Shown: positions 1 through 14,035, numbered from the stretch's first letter. The stretch: DNA of 64,000 bases from Eledone cirrhosa (GCA_964016885.1 OZ024742.1:131626001-131690000); one strand, 5' to 3'. Notes: a model not told the origin generated them from the letters alone. Program-made: numbers and translations.

Positions 1-759
1 GGTGGCAGTTTTTATTTTCAGGTTCCACCAGTATTCCTTAGTGCCATCTGTCTCAATATATTCTTCCTCGTTTGTTGTTAATTTTGTTTTCCGAAGTGCG
101 TTCCAGATAGTTCTAGCTATCCCATCGTGTCTCATGGGGAGGTAGTAGCGAGATGACATTCTTTCGCAGCTGGCAACGATGTGGCTTACATCCTCGATCT
201 TTGTTTTACATAGCCTACATTTATTGTCAGCTGCTGGCCCTCCTCTTTTGTGCAGCAGATATTTGGTAGGGAGTTCTTGTTCCTGTATTGCATAGAGATA
301 TCCCTCAAGGTGTGATGTCATAAACTTGTCGGAACTCCATGCCAGGCTTTTTGAGTGGTTTATCCCCTCTATGGTCTGTGTTTTACGCCTCAAGTATCCA
401 TGCACAACTTTCTCTGTAAATTGGTCAATTTTTTTTCTTGTTTGAACATTGAATAGGATCTTCCGATTTCTCTGGGTGAGAGATTTATATCAGGCTTTAT
501 TCCATATCTCTCCTCCAGATCAGTCGCTATTCTAATGATATTTCTTTTTTCATGCTCATAAACCTGAGCAAGATGGTCGCCAACCTTTTTCCTCTGTTGA
601 AGGTGTTGCTTCAGTGTTACTATCCGGGTCTCATATGTTGTTAATATTGATTTTAGACCCCGGCCACCTTCCTTGCGTGAGAAGTATAGCCTATCCACAT
701 CACCATTGATGTTAAAGTTCCCAGTAACACTGAGAAGTTTACGAGTTCTAACATCCATC

Positions 760-3156
760 TCACTTAGTTCTTGCAATGACCAGTTCAGTAGGCCAAATGT
801 TGGCGTTAGAATTGGCACAGCATAGGTATTGTGGGCAATGTATTTGTTGTATGCTGACAGTTCTGATGATCATATTTTTTTTTACTCTTCTGAGGTATTC
901 AGTTCTGGTTCTCTCCTTATTTATGGGTCCATCATATCTGACATTCTCATCCTGTCCAAGATATCTGTAGTTGTCACCTGACTGCAGAGGTTGTATTGTC
1001 AGGCCGTTCATATCTAGATTTCTAGAGGAGGGCACAGCTCTTCCACGTTTTACTGCCAAATATGCACACTTGGACTCACTAAATTTCATTTTGATGTCGG
1101 TTGAAAATTGTGTAATGAGGTCCAATTGTTTCTTGATGTCATTGATATTTGGCCCATACAACTTCAGGTCATCAACAAAGAAAAGATGGGAGATACTTCT
1201 GGGCCCACTTCTTTGTCCACCTTGTTTCCTGAGTAGGTAAGATAGTGGATTCAGTGAGAGAACGAAGAGTAGTACTGACAAGCTATCACCCTGAAAGATG
1301 CCCTTCTGGTAATGTATCCTATCAGTCTTAACCTGCTCCTTCTCACCTCTAAGGATCAAATTGGTGTACCAGTTCTTGGTCAGGCGTTCAACAGCAGCTA
1401 CTAATGGTTGTGGGACTTTAGCTAACTGTAAAGCCTTAATAATCCACCCATGAGGTACACTATCAAATGCTTTTTGATAGTCCAGCCACACGACAGTCAT
1501 GTTTCTGCGATTCTTTGTTGTTTTTTCCTGAATCATTTTGTTAGTTAGTAGGTGATCTATGCAACCCCACACCTCCCTCTTTCCACCAGCTTGCTCAGGT
1601 GTTATGATGTTGTTGGTAGCACAGTGATCCTGTAAGAACAGGTTAAGGCACCCAGTATATAATTTATGCATGATGTTTTGGCAGGCAATTGGGCGGTAAT
1701 TTTTAGCAAGGGTGGTTTGGCTATTTTGGGGAATGAGGAGAGTAGTGGCAGTTGATAACCATCTGGGCAGTTCTTGTGTGCCCTTAATGGTTTCTGTAAA
1801 CAGCCGTATGAGATCTTGCCGATAGAAAGTGAAATTCTTCAACCAGTATCCTGTAATGAGGTCTGGGCCTGGCGATTTCCTATTCGACATTTTCTGTAGA
1901 GCTGTTTCCAGTATTGACCCATCTATGTCATATTGTTTTGTCTGGACATGTTGGCAGTAGTCCTGTTCCAGTTGTTTTAGCCAATTAGCTTGTCTGTTGA
2001 ATCCGTCATCCGTTTCCCATACAGATCTCCAGTAGTTCTCAACCTGTTCTTTTGAAGGGGTGTCGTTTACAGGGATTGAGCTTTTGCCACCGAAGCTGCG
2101 ATAAACTGATTTAGGATCTCTGGCAAACAATCTATTTAGCACTTGTCGTTTATGGGCTGTTGACTTATATTTTAGTCTTTCTGTTGTAGCTGTGAGTTGT
2201 TGTTTCAACTGGTGTAATTTGGAGTTCAAAGTTTTAAATTTGGTATCTCCAAATCGTCTCTCTAACTTTTTCTTTAGGTCTTCCTGGTGTCGTGTGAAGT
2301 TTCTCTCTATGTTGCATTTCATAACGACTGCGATGTGTGAGATACTTCGTCTCAGGGACAAAATTTTGGTTTTTAAATTTCGCATCCACGCTGGTTCAGG
2401 CTTTCTGTTTGTATCTTGATTGCGTGGTTTTAGATGTGTGTTATATGATAGCAATGTGACAGCTGAAACATATAACAAAACATTGAGCGTTTCAAATGTC
2501 GTTTCTACACCTTTAGATCGTATAGCCTTCAGATAATTGCCAGCTATTTCGTTCACCGCTTCCAATTCCAATTTAGTGGGTTCTTTACTGACTCTAGTGT
2601 TGTATGGTCTGTCACTCACATTAAGGCTGTGTATCTCTTGAAACATATCGTTCCATATCACTTGTAGGGTGCCCACAAGTTTTTGGTGCTCTCTTTGTTC
2701 AGTAGAGTCATGAATTGCAGCCTCGTTGTTGATGTGGTGACAATTACTACTAGAGTCAGCTGACCTTTCTCGCTGTTCTTCAGTGGAAGTGGGATGGATT
2801 TCAGCAAAATTGTTGGTGAGCTGTTCACTGTTAGATTTAGCCGGCCATTCTCTTTGTCTGTCAGTGGAGGTGGGGTGGTTGTCTACAAGGGCTGTATTTG
2901 TAGTATCACTCGATTCCGTTAGATGTATCAATTTACATCTAATGATACGTTTTGCCTGTTCATTTAGATGCTTTGGAGAAAAGTCTAATTCTGGGTGTTT
3001 GGAGTTCCATAAAGTTTTTAGCCTTTGCATAAAACCGAACTTTTGGGGTTCAGATTGTTTGTATGCTTCATATAATTCTTTGTTAAGCTCGTAGCTCCAC
3101 TGTATACAACGGTTGTAATTGCGATTTGGTCGAAGGAGACTTGTACTTTTTGCCAT
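760..3156 (-). pseudogene. Reverse transcriptase ORF of family C (frameshifted before the RLE endonuclease)
   Basis: RT motifs as above. The expected RVKKIWSSELSAYNK is broken by an extra A and a TGA. Confidence 0.88.
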
Positions 3157-3385
3157 GATGAGTTCGTCTATTCACTAATATTTTGTATTTATTTTTTTAA
3201 ATAGTCGATGATCTTCTTTAAAAGTTACGACAAAGTTCTGTCAGAATCAAATTTAAAGTTATTCACAGCTTGGGTAATATTTATTTTCAGTTAGTTTTTA
3301 ATTCTACAACTGTGTTTTAAACGTTGTTCTTGAATCGTTTGAATCGAGAACAAAAAGAACCATTACTTAGTATATTCCTTTACGA

Positions 3386-3659
3386 ATGTAATATAATATA
3401 ACAACGCTGTATTTATATGTTAAAGTTTATGTATCATTCATATAAATAGGTGTTCTACAACATATTCACAACATTCACAGTTCAAACACTTATATTTTTG
3501 TTTCTGAATCGAAAACGTTACTTTTATATTTCTTTATAAATGTAATATAACAACGTTGCATTTATATGTTAAAGTGTATGTATCGTTCATATATCATAAG
3601 TGTATGTATCGTTCATATAAATAGGTGTTTTACAACACACTTACAGTTCAAACACTTAT
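3386..3659. repeat. Imperfect two-copy duplication inside the family C 5' UTR
   Basis: 3386-3493 resembles 3539-3659 (aatgtaatata...ttcaaacacttat). Confidence 0.75.
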
Positions 3660-3789
3660 GTAGAATTATTGTATGTAATCTTACCGCGTAATGTAGCTCA
3701 ACTTTTTCCAATATATGGTATGTTGCCTTCATGTAAGCCGTAATTACACACGTCCAATTATCGGACACTGACCACAACGGTCGCCATTG

Positions 3790-3790
<1 letters not shown>

Positions 3791-3823
<33 letters not shown>

Positions 3824-3925
3824 TGTATGTATGTATGTATGTATGTATGTATGTATGTATGTATGTATGTATGTATGTATGTATGTATGTGAGTATATAT
3901 GTATGTATATCGGTGTGTATGTATA
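3791..3925. repeat. (TATG)n microsatellite flanking the family C 5' end
   Basis: Read directly from the sequence. Confidence 0.95.
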
Positions 3926-4095
3926 TGCGTAATTCATATTTCACACACCCAAACGCAAATATAGATACTTTCGATAAATTAAGATTTAGCACTTAACTTC
4001 TTGTTACTCGTGTAGCTCCAGAAACTTCATAAAATCTACAAAACTTTCGGAAGACGGAAGACGGAAATAAAATAAGTAAACATTATGAAATTAGT

Positions 4096-4243
4096 CCAGC
4101 CCCGTTTTTGGAACACTTCAAAAGGCTTGCTGGGAACATCAAGCGCCCTCCCCTCCGATATGTCATGAAAGTCTGAGGCTGCTTTATATTCATTTCAACA
4201 AACCCTCCAGTTAAATAACATCAATGACTTAGACTCAAAGAAC
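4096..4243 (+). mobile_element. Old, degenerate 3' end of Dong family A
   Basis: Similar to 6310-6464 (ttttggaacacttcaaaaggc...aacatcaatgacttagactcaaag), followed by (TAA)n. Confidence 0.75.
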
Positions 4244-4270
4244 AATAATAATAATAATAATAATAATAAT

Positions 4271-4402
4271 GATTTCTTTATTGGCCACAAGGGCTGACAT
4301 CAAGAAAAACATTACAGACGGCACAGGACGGTACGATGTGGGTTTTGTGCGTGTAAATATTTTTATTATTTATAAAAGAAAAGAAAAAAAAATGACATAA
4401 AA

Positions 4403-4403
<1 letters not shown>
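4271..4403 (-). mobile_element. Short 3'-end fragment of a Tx1-like element
   Basis: Similar to 58758-58880 (ttctttatt..ccacaaggg...caggacggtac...tgcgtgtaaa), with (TAA)n on both sides. Confidence 0.75.
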
Positions 4404-4437
<34 letters not shown>

Positions 4438-4438
<1 letters not shown>

Positions 4439-6464
4439 GACCTATCACATGTCTGCCCGTAATGTGGAAACTGTTGACGAGCATTGTGTCTGAGGAAATC
4501 TACCATCACCTCCACACAAACAACTTGTTGCCGGACGAACAGAAAGGATGCCGAAAGAAGTCACGTGGTACAAAGGACCAGTTGCTTATTGATAAGATGG
4601 TAATGGGGAATTGCAGGAGGAGACACACTGATCTTGCCATGGGATGGATAGACTACAGAAAGGCATTTGACATGGTGCCTCATTCCTGGATCACCAAAAG
4701 CCTGGAGATCTTCAGGGTGGCAGATAACATCAGACAGTTGCTGGGCAGGAGTATGGGGTCCTGGGAGACAGAGTTGACATCAACTGGAGTATCCTTGGGA
4801 AGCGTGAAGATCAAGAGAGGTATCTTCCAGGGAGATAGCCTGTCCCCTCTGTTGTTTGTCCTTGCCCTGATGCCCTTGACCATTATGCTGCGAAAAGTGA
4901 GAGCAGGATACAAGTTGGGAAGGGGAGAGCTTACCATCAATCACCTCCTCTTCATGGACGACCTTAAGCTCTTCGGGAAAAGTGAGAAGGAGTTGGATGT
5001 GCTTGTTGACACTGTCCGTATTTTCAGCAGTGATATATGTATGCAGTTTGGTATTGGTAAATGTGGAGTCATTGTGATGAGGAGGGGTAGGTTGAGCAGA
5101 AGTAACGGGATCCAGATACCAACAGGTGAGATGATAAAGGAAATTGACTCTGAGGAAGGATACAAGTATTTGGGCGTTCTGGAGGCTGATGGCATAAAGA
5201 ACAAAAAAATGAAGGAATTGTTAAGAACTGAATACATTCGGAGAGTAAGGAGCGTATTGAAGTCACATCTGAACAGCAGAAATGCCATAAGCGCAGTAAA
5301 TTCCCGAGCTGTGTCTATTATTAGGTACAGTGCGGGAATTCTGAGATGGAATGTTGCTGAACAAAAAGAAATGGATAGGAAGACTAGGAAGCTATTGACT
5401 ATCTACAACATGTTCCACAAGAGGAGTGATGTCGATAGACTCTACCTAAGGAGATCTGAGGGTGGAAGAGGTCTTATCAGCATAGAGGACTGTGTTCAGA
5501 TGGAGAAAAACAACCTATACAAATACGTGACCTATAGTAAGGAGCCAATGCTCAGAGCTGTACTGAAGGAGGGGACAGTAGGTCAGGGGATACCCAAGGA
5601 GGAAATAACATCAAGGAGGAAGAGCAGCCTTAAGGGAAAATCCCTTCATAGTACCTTCTTTGAGAAAACTGAATTTAGAGATCCACAGACATGGAACTGG
5701 TTGAGAAGAGGAGACCTCAAAAAGGCTACAGAAGGAATGCTAATGGCTGCGCAGGAGCAGGCCCTCAAAACGAAGTGGTTGAAGCACCATATCTACAAGG
5801 AGGAGGCTAGCCCACTGTGCAGGATCTGTGGAGAGAGAGAGGAGACTGTGGCTCACATTGTGTCCGAGTGTAAACACCTAGCCCAGACCCACTATAAGGG
5901 CTGGAGACACGATGTGATGGGCAGGGTGATCCACTGGCACCTGTGCAAAGTAAACAATCTACCACATTCTGAGAAATGGTATGAGCATAGGCCAGAGGCG
6001 GTGATGGAGAACAATCAGGTGAAGGTGCTGTGGGATTTTAGGATACAGACGGACAAAAAACTGGAACACAATAGACCTGACCTGGTGGTTGTGGACAAAG
6101 AAAAAAGATCGTGCCTGATTGTGGATGTGGCCTGCCCGTTCGACACGAGAGTGCAAGAGAAGGAGAGGGAGAAAATTGACCGATACCAGGACCTAAAGTG
6201 GGAGGTGAAAAGGATTTGGAACTGCCATGAAGTCAAAGTGATCCCGATTGTCATAGGCGCACTGGGGACTATCTCCAAAGGTTTCCAGGGATGGTTAAAG
6301 AAAATCGGCCCCTTCACGCTTTTTGGAACGCTTCAAAAGGCATGCTTGCTTGGAACGGCAAGAACCCTCCGATACGTCCTGAATATCTGAGGCTGCAGGT
6401 AGTGGCTTGATATTCAATCCAACGGACTTTCCAGTTAACCAACATCAATGACTGAGATTCAAGG
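4438..6464 (+). mobile_element. Dong/R4-clade retrotransposon family A, 5'-truncated
   Basis: Starts at RPITCLPV straight after (TAA)n. Open RT-RLE frame, short 3' UTR, then an (AAT/AAC)n tract. Confidence 0.93.
4462..6390 (+). CDS. RT plus CCHC zinc knuckle plus PD-(D/E)xK restriction-like endonuclease (N-terminally truncated)
   Basis: [52 protein letters not shown]...IVDVACP...EKIDRY. Confidence 0.9.
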   Translation: MWKLLTSIVSEEIYHHLHTNNLLPDEQKGCRKKSRGTKDQLLIDKMVMGNCRRRHTDLAMGWIDYRKAFDMVPHSWITKSLEIFRVADNIRQLLGRSMGSWETELTSTGVSLGSVKIKRGIFQGDSLSPLLFVLALMPLTIMLRKVRAGYKLGRGELTINHLLFMDDLKLFGKSEKELDVLVDTVRIFSSDICMQFGIGKCGVIVMRRGRLSRSNGIQIPTGEMIKEIDSEEGYKYLGVLEADGIKNKKMKELLRTEYIRRVRSVLKSHLNSRNAISAVNSRAVSIIRYSAGILRWNVAEQKEMDRKTRKLLTIYNMFHKRSDVDRLYLRRSEGGRGLISIEDCVQMEKNNLYKYVTYSKEPMLRAVLKEGTVGQGIPKEEITSRRKSSLKGKSLHSTFFEKTEFRDPQTWNWLRRGDLKKATEGMLMAAQEQALKTKWLKHHIYKEEASPLCRICGEREETVAHIVSECKHLAQTHYKGWRHDVMGRVIHWHLCKVNNLPHSEKWYEHRPEAVMENNQVKVLWDFRIQTDKKLEHNRPDLVVVDKEKRSCLIVDVACPFDTRVQEKEREKIDRYQDLKWEVKRIWNCHEVKVIPIVIGALGTISKGFQGWLKKIGPFTLFGTLQKACLLGTARTLRYVLNI

Positions 6465-6492
6465 AATAACAATAACAATAATAATAATAATA

Positions 6493-6842
6493 CTGATTGT
6501 GGATGTAGCCTGCCCTTTCGACACGAGAGTGCAAGAGAAGGAGAGGGAGAAAATTAACCGATACCAGGACCTAAAGTGGGAGGTGAAAAGGATTTGGAAC
6601 TGCCATGAAGTCAAAGTGATCACGATTGTCATAGGCGCACTGGGGACAATCTCCAAAAGTTTCCAGGGATGGTTAAAGAAAATCGGCCCCTTCACGCTTT
6701 TTGGAACGCTTCAAAAGGCATGCTTGCTTGGAACAGCAAGAACCCTCCGATACGTCCTGAATATCTGAGGCTGCAGGTAGTGACTTGATATTCATTCCAA
6801 CGGACTTTCCAGTTAACCAACATCAATGACTGAGATTCAAGG
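6493..6842 (+). mobile_element. Dong family A, 350-bp 3' fragment
   Basis: Copy of 6115-6464 with about 9 substitutions, bounded by (TAA)n on both sides. Confidence 0.92.
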
Positions 6843-6899
6843 AATAACAACAATAATAATAATAACAATAATAATAATAATAATAATAAATAATAATAA

Positions 6900-8316
6900 A
6901 TAGGATCGTTGCCATAAACACGCTTGTATAGGATCGATGCCATAAACACGCTTGCATAGGATCGATGCCATAAACACGCTTGCCATACCAGTAGTAACCT
7001 ACAATTACAATGTCATCAACTGGTCAAGCACAGAGATCCGTAGGCTCGATACAAAAACTCGAAAATTCTTAACCATGCACAGAATGCATCACCCTAAGGC
7101 AGATATAGATAGAATATATCTCCCTAGGAAAGAAGGAGGACGTGGCTTAATCCAGTTAGACATTGCATTGAAAACTGCAACAATTGGATTATCTACATAT
7201 CTAAGGGAATCACATGATTGGATGATCAAACTCGTTTTGAAACACGAAAGCATCAAAAGATCATATTCCATTACAAAAGATGCACAAAGATACAGTAATG
7301 GACTACAAATTTCAGAAGTCCCATTTACTGCTGAAATGGAAAACACAGAAAAAGCAAAGCAGGTAAAAGTAACTGCAAAGAAAGAAATGCTACAGAAACT
7401 GGCTAAGAAATGGCAAGAAAAGCCTCTGTATGGAAAATACCCAGAGCGAGCTAACAATCCTGATGTTGATAAAACTTTAACCCATCAGTGGTTGGCATCC
7501 TCTGGACTGAAATTGGAGACTGAAGGACTGGTTATATCAGCACAATATCAGTGTCTGCCAACAAAAAATTACCAAGCCAACATAATAAAAAATGGATGCA
7601 GCCCATTATGCCGTGTATGAAAAAAACAACCAGAGACCATTGACCATATAATTTCAATGTGCAGTCCTATAGCTCCATCCGAATACCTAAACAGGCATGA
7701 CAGAGCTGCACAATACATACATTGGATAATGTGTAAGCATTTTGACCTGCCCCATCAAAAGAATTGGTGGGAGCATCAACCACCTCCCATACTTGAAAAA
7801 GATCACATCTCAATCGTGTGGAACTTTAGCATCCAAACAGACCGAAAAATAGATGCAAATAGACCTGATATAATATTGAAGGACTTTAAAAAGAGGGTAT
7901 GCCTGCTAATTGATATGTCTGTTCCAATAGACAAGAATGTATCTATAAAAACATTTGAAAAATTGAGCAAGTATAAGGACCTGGAGATAGAAATTGGAAA
8001 AATGTGGAAATTGAGAACTAAAACAATACCAGTGGTTGTAGGCGCTCTGGGAATGATACCTAAGGGGCCTAATGATTACTTATCACAAATCCCAGGAAAC
8101 CCGCGTACAGGAGAAAAACAAAAGATAGTACTAATGGGAACTGCCCATATACTAAGGAAGATTCTGTCAATATAAGTACATCACAAGTCTACACACTAAA
8201 GATGCATGTGTGAGTATGTATGTTCTTTTTTGAACATGGCGGACCTTGTTGTCTCTTGAGGTCACTGGTTGTGACTTGGTGATAACTCGTATGAACATAA
8301 AGAAAGATAAATACAA
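6900..8316 (+). mobile_element. Dong family B, 5'-truncated copy with a premature stop
   Basis: Near-identical to 57362-58721. TGC>TGA at 7618-7620 falls in the CxxC knuckle. (TAA)n flanks. Confidence 0.93.
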
Positions 8317-8335
8317 CTGTAATAATAATAATAAT

Positions 8336-10008
8336 ATGTTCGACAACAACCAGAAGATGCTGTTTGGACAGCTTGAAGGGAAAGAAAGAGGCAACGACTT
8401 GATCCCCGAGGCGGAACAAACTAAAACATTTTGGAGAGGAATATTGGGGCAGGATGTTAAACATAATGACCAGGCAGGTGGATTGAGACAGGACAGAAGG
8501 AGAATAGTGAACATGCACACCAACAAACTGATTTGAGTATCACAGTTGAAACTCTTAAGGGGCAGGCCAAAAAACTAACCAACTGGAAATTACCAGGCCC
8601 AGATGGTGTGCAGGGGTATTGGATTAAAAATATAACATCCCTCCACCCGAAACTGACAACCATATTCAATGACTGCTTGATGTCAGGTGAGGTACCAGAG
8701 TGGTTGACAAAAGGTACCACAGTTCTGATAATGAAAGTCCGAATCAAGGGTAATGATGTTACCAACTATAGACCTATCACATGTCTGTCCGTAATGTGGA
8801 AACTGTTGACAAGCATTATGTCTGAGGAAATCTACCATCACCTCCACACAAACAACTTGTTACCGGACGAACAGAAAGGATACCGAAAGAAGTCCCGTGG
8901 TACAAAGCACCAGTTACTTATGGATAAGATGGTAATGAGGAATTGCAAGAGGAGACACACTGGTCTTGCCATGGGATGGATAGACTACAAAAAGGCATTT
9001 GACATGGTGCCTCATTCTTGGATCACCAAAAGCCTGGAGATATTCAAGGTCGCAGATAACATCAGACAGTTGTTGGGCAAAAGTATGAAGTCCTGGGAAA
9101 CAGAGTTACATCAGCTGGAGAATTTTTGGAAAGCGTGAAGATCAAGAGAGGTATCTTCCAGGGAGATAGTCTGTCCCCTCTGTTGTTTGTCCTTGACCTG
9201 ATGCCCCTGACCAGTGTACTGCGAAAAGTGAGAGCAGGATACAGGTTGGGAAAGGGAGGGCTTACCATCAATCACCTCCGCTTCATGGACCATCTTAAGC
9301 TATTCGGGAAGAGTTAGAAGGAGTTGGATGTGCTTGTTGTCACTGTCCGTATTTTCAGCAATGATATATGTATGCAATTTGGTATTAGTAAGTGTGGAGT
9401 CCTTGTGATGAAGAGGGGTAAATTGAGCAGAAGTAACGGAATCCAGGTACCAACAGGTGAGATGATAAAGGAAATTTACACTGAAGAAGGATACAAGTAT
9501 TTGGGTGTTCTGGAGGCTGATACCATCAAGAACAAAAAAATGAACGAATTGATAAGAACTGAATACATTCGGAGAATAAGGAGCGTATTAAAGTCACATC
9601 TGAACAGTAGGAATACCATAAGTGCAGTAAATTCCCGAGCTGTGTCTATTATTAGGTACAGTGCGGGTATTCTGAGATGGAATGTTACTGAACAAAAAGA
9701 AATGGATAGGAAGACTAGGAAGCTATTGACTATCTACAACATGTTCCACAAGAGGAGTGATGTCGATAGACTCTACTTAAGGAGATCTGAAGGTGGAAGA
9801 GGTCTTATCAGCATAAAGGACTGTGTTTAGATGTGTTGATAGTAAGGAGCCAATGCTCAGAATTGTACTGAAGGAGAAGACAATAGACAAGGGGATGACC
9901 AAGGAGGAAATAACAACGATGAGAAAGAGCAGCCTTCATGAAAAATCCCTTCATAGTAGCTTCTTTGAGAAAACTGAAGATCCACAGATATGGAACTGGT
10001 TGAAAAGA

Positions 10009-10011
<3 letters not shown>
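8336..10011 (+). mobile_element. Dong family A, degenerate copy truncated at both ends
   Basis: Frameshifted RT fragments (8533-9138, 9126-9317, 9324-9830) similar to 4438-5710. Starts after (TAA)n and ends in (TA)n. Confidence 0.9.
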
Positions 10012-10046
<35 letters not shown>

Positions 10047-10774
10047 GTGCAAATGTTTCAGTATGTCCACGGACTACATTACGCATAACGGTGACCCTTC
10101 GGACCAGAAGAGCTACTTCAAATCCCGTAGGAACCCCTCACCATGTACTTCTGCAGTAATTTGAGGGTAGACTCTTGCATTTCAGCGTGTTTTAATGATT
10201 TATGTAATGTATGTAAATGTGTGTATATATAGTTATGTATGTGTGTTTGATGATGTGTTAATGTATATGCATGTACATGTATAATTTCTACGTGTTGGAG
10301 TGTGTTTGTGAGTATGTATATATGTGGATATATTTCTTTATTTATATCCGTTAATTTGGTTTTTGTTTATAACGGTTATTTTCTTGTAATGTTCACGATA
10401 CGTGCGTCCGTTGGATACTAGGCCCGTGTTAGGTCATTTATATGCTTCTTTCTGTCTCGGTGGTTCGTCTTCAGATTTGATGTGATTTTTGTTGAGTTAA
10501 CACTGGTCTAAGTATAAGGCAGACTTGGAGTCTGGTCTGGCATGAATCTCACATCACAAGCCGTCTGCATGAGAATCATTTTAAACCGGGATGAGCAATA
10601 AATCTCATATATAACACCTCCACTTTGTTCTAATTATAATATATATAAGATCGCTACTCCTACGGTTGATTGGAGTTTTTTTTAGAAAAAAATACAAGAG
10701 CTCTTCAAGGGTAGTTAATTTCAAAATTAGCAATACATAAGGAACCTTATTAGGTAGGTTAAAGAGATGTAACT

Positions 10775-10809
<35 letters not shown>

Positions 10810-10858
10810 TAAAATAACAGATTAAAGTTTAAGAAAATATTACTATATATATAAATAT

Positions 10859-10998
<140 letters not shown>

Positions 10999-11472
10999 GG
11001 TGTACAGATCATCAATGTAATAATGTATGCCCGAAAAACATTCACAAAATCATAAATAAAATAATATATAGGCAAATTAAAAGTGATATCACCTGATCAA
11101 TGAGGTGTATGGAAAAATACATCAACGGGATTTAGCAATATCCCCAAATTTTCTTGCGTGTAAGAAACGACATAAAATGTGTAAAGGAGGGGAAATGTGC
11201 TCAATCCATATGTTTGAACATAGAGCAGATGCTTGAAGATAGAGCCCTATAATCTTTAGCTTACATATGTGCAAAATCATGACCAAATTATCGAAGGAAA
11301 ACTGATCATGTCCATAGAAGAAAATGAATTTCTAATTGACGCTGACTATGCATTTGTCCGGGAAAAAGTTACCTCACTCAATGCCTCCATACTTTTGCCT
11401 TTTCAACCCCACAAATGGGTATGTGATATATCATGCTTTTACAATCACCTTCACTAAATTTGATCATTAAAT

Positions 11473-11510
<38 letters not shown>

Positions 11511-11522
11511 GATCAGTGAGAA

Positions 11523-11577
<55 letters not shown>

Positions 11578-12154
11578 GAGAGAAAATACGTCTATTTGTG
11601 AGGGTATGTTTGTGTGCACGTATGTATTTTTGTGTATGCATAACTGTATGTTTCTATGTCTGTGTCATCTACAACTACTTTGAGATTAAAACAGATTGAT
11701 GAAATCTCCTATATTTGCATTCTTTCATTATATTTCCGATTCCCTATTTATTTCGGGCGTGATATGTTTTGCGTAAACACAAATAAGACTCAGAAAATCA
11801 ATTGACTCCATAGATTAAGGTATACTGAGGGATAATATTTAGGAATACAGACATGTAGGCGCCATATATATCTTTGTTTATGATACTGTAGCATGCCCAT
11901 GTGAATTACAGTTATATAAGTGTATCTGTTTCAAAATAGAGAAGCGATACGTTCGGCGTATGACTAGTAATTGTTTGAGTTAATAATCAAACCGATCCTG
12001 TAGTCGACACTCTGTTATCATATGCATAGCATCAGAGTAATCCACGCTTGCACATATACACATACGCACGCACAAACGTAATCATACATACACGCACACA
12101 TATATGTATTCATGTATATACATAATATATGCGTCTGCGCATATATATGTATAC

Positions 12155-12249
<95 letters not shown>

Positions 12250-12285
12250 CGTATATATATATAATATACGTATATATATATACAT

Positions 12286-12326
<41 letters not shown>

Positions 12327-12331
<5 letters not shown>

Positions 12332-12426
12332 ATGAAACGAAATTTCATTTCTCACTCTTAGTACGGCTGATATATAAATATAAGTATGTATACGTGCATA
12401 CATATATGTTTACAGACGTACAGTAG

Positions 12427-12489
<63 letters not shown>

Positions 12490-12590
12490 ATACGTACATA
12501 TATATATGTGTGCATGTATGTATATATATATATACTACTGTACGTCTGTACACATATATGTATGTACGTTTACATACTTATATATATATA
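12327..12590. repeat. Inverted fragments of the non-coding family at 30391-31038
   Basis: gaaacgaaatttcatttctcactcttagtacggctg...cagacgtacagtagtatg, then its reverse complement after (TA)n. Confidence 0.75.
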
Positions 12591-12617
12591 TATTTATATA
12601 TAAATAGATATATGAAC

Positions 12618-12662
<45 letters not shown>

Positions 12663-12693
12663 TATATACATAAATAGATGCATATATATATAT

Positions 12694-12893
12694 ATAGGAA
12701 CGAGTAGGACCTCGACGGCTGAGCTCAAGCCGTTTCGACGGATAATTCTGGACTGCGTCCAGAATTAGCCTTCAAGACGGCTTGAGCTCAGCTGTCGGGG
12801 TCCTACTCGTTCCTATTACCCACTCTACTACCCTAACTATTGAGTACTTTGGTGCGTTATGGTCCACCTGGTTCCTTACCATCTTTCCTTCGT

Positions 12894-12894
<1 letters not shown>
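12694..12894. repeat. 123-bp near-perfect palindrome plus unique tail, embedded in (TA)n
   Basis: ataggaacgagtaggac...ctggac TGC gtccag...gtcctactcgttcctat; loop 12754-12756. Confidence 0.9.
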
Positions 12895-12929
<35 letters not shown>

Positions 12930-13476
12930 CGTAAGTTATGCTGTAGATATACTAGATATGACTCGACTCCCAAGAGTCGCGTTTAAATAGTGATAATATG
13001 AGATCCAAGTATCCATCGAACGTGTTTATAAATAAAATAAAAATAATAATAAGTAGATAGGAAAAAACCGTCGTCCAACATTTTGTATGTTCTGTGAAAT
13101 AAAACACAGAGCAATTCTGAATATAAGCCAAGTTATTTTATATATTTTTCGCTTTCATAGTTTCCTAGTGTTTTGTTAATTTCCACTTCTACATCTGATT
13201 TCTAGTTATAACTCAGATATAAAACCTCCAATTTTGAATTAGCGAATAGCGGAAGGAGATATATTAAAAGAGTAAATACGTATAATTTAATACAAACGTA
13301 AATACTAACCTCACTTACTCGACCAATTATCGTCAAGGGTTTTTATGGTTATATGGGATCTGGCTAACATAATTATACTACCGAATCCTTTATATTCAGA
13401 GTCGTGTAGAAGTTATCAGTCGGACATTAACCTTGTCACGTATATATGTATGTATGTATGTGTGTATGTATGTATG

Positions 13477-13926
13477 TTATCTCTTTCTCTTAATTTCGAG
13501 TATATTTTTTTGACCGGCCACCTTCCTGGTGGCAAGGTTGTAAAAGAAAAGAAATTGTCATCCCTTGAATCGCAAGAATGTTTTGCAAATTTTGAAGGTG
13601 CCAGCTATCGCAGCCATTTGTATACTATGAATTAGGGAGCTGCGCTTTTTGTCCGCAAATCCAAGTTCAGTCATACTTTGGTCCAAGCGGGTTGGTATAT
13701 AACCCGTAGCTCCAATAATGATGGGTATGAAGCTAAAGGTGTATCTTGGTTAGTGGATTTGTAAACTCCTCATCAATGGTCCGTAGATGTCCTCTTTCTC
13801 CTGTATTTTTCTGACAACGTTTACATCAAGTGGGCAGCTGATCTCCACAACAGAACACGTTTTCAATGTGTGGTCCCAAACAGCAATATCAGGCCGGTTG
13901 TGCTTTAATTTGGTGGCAGTTTTTAT
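13477..13926 (-). mobile_element. Family C RLE retrotransposon, 5'-truncated 3' end
   Basis: [18 protein letters not shown]...VVEISCP...EKEDIY. Shares 15 nt exactly with bases 1-15. (TATG)n on both sides. Confidence 0.85.
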
Positions 13927-14035
13927 GTATGTATGTATGTATGTATGTATGTATGTATGTATGTATGTATGTATGTATGTATGTATGTATGTGTGTATGT
14001 ATATATCTCTATCTATATATATATATATACAGATA

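Larger units (their letters stand above)
1..3790 (-). mobile_element. R4/Dong-clade RLE non-LTR retrotransposon, family C; 5' end present, 3' end runs off the window; disrupted ORF
   Basis: ORF 760-3156 has a Myb-like N-terminus (IQWSYELNKELYEAY), [33 protein letters not shown] and FVDD. There is a frameshift at the T-run 875-883 and another near 430. The reading continues as GYLYAIQEQEL, CRLC...HIVASC, RHD and WWNLKIKTAT at base 1. The 5' UTR 3157-3790 abuts (TATG)n. Confidence 0.9.

Noticed and set aside
3660-3790. Ribozyme at the family C 5' end
   Set aside because: Small hairpins exist (gacc/ggtc, gtccga/ttggac), but I could not fit an HDV or hammerhead topology.
6900-6983. CRISPR-like 28-bp repeats
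   Set aside because: There are no spacers and no cas genes, and the unit is retrotransposon coding sequence in a eukaryotic context.
10026-10790. Possible minus-strand Penelope remnant with a hammerhead
   Set aside because: The core reads CTGCAGA, the stems are weak and no convincing peptide motif is present.
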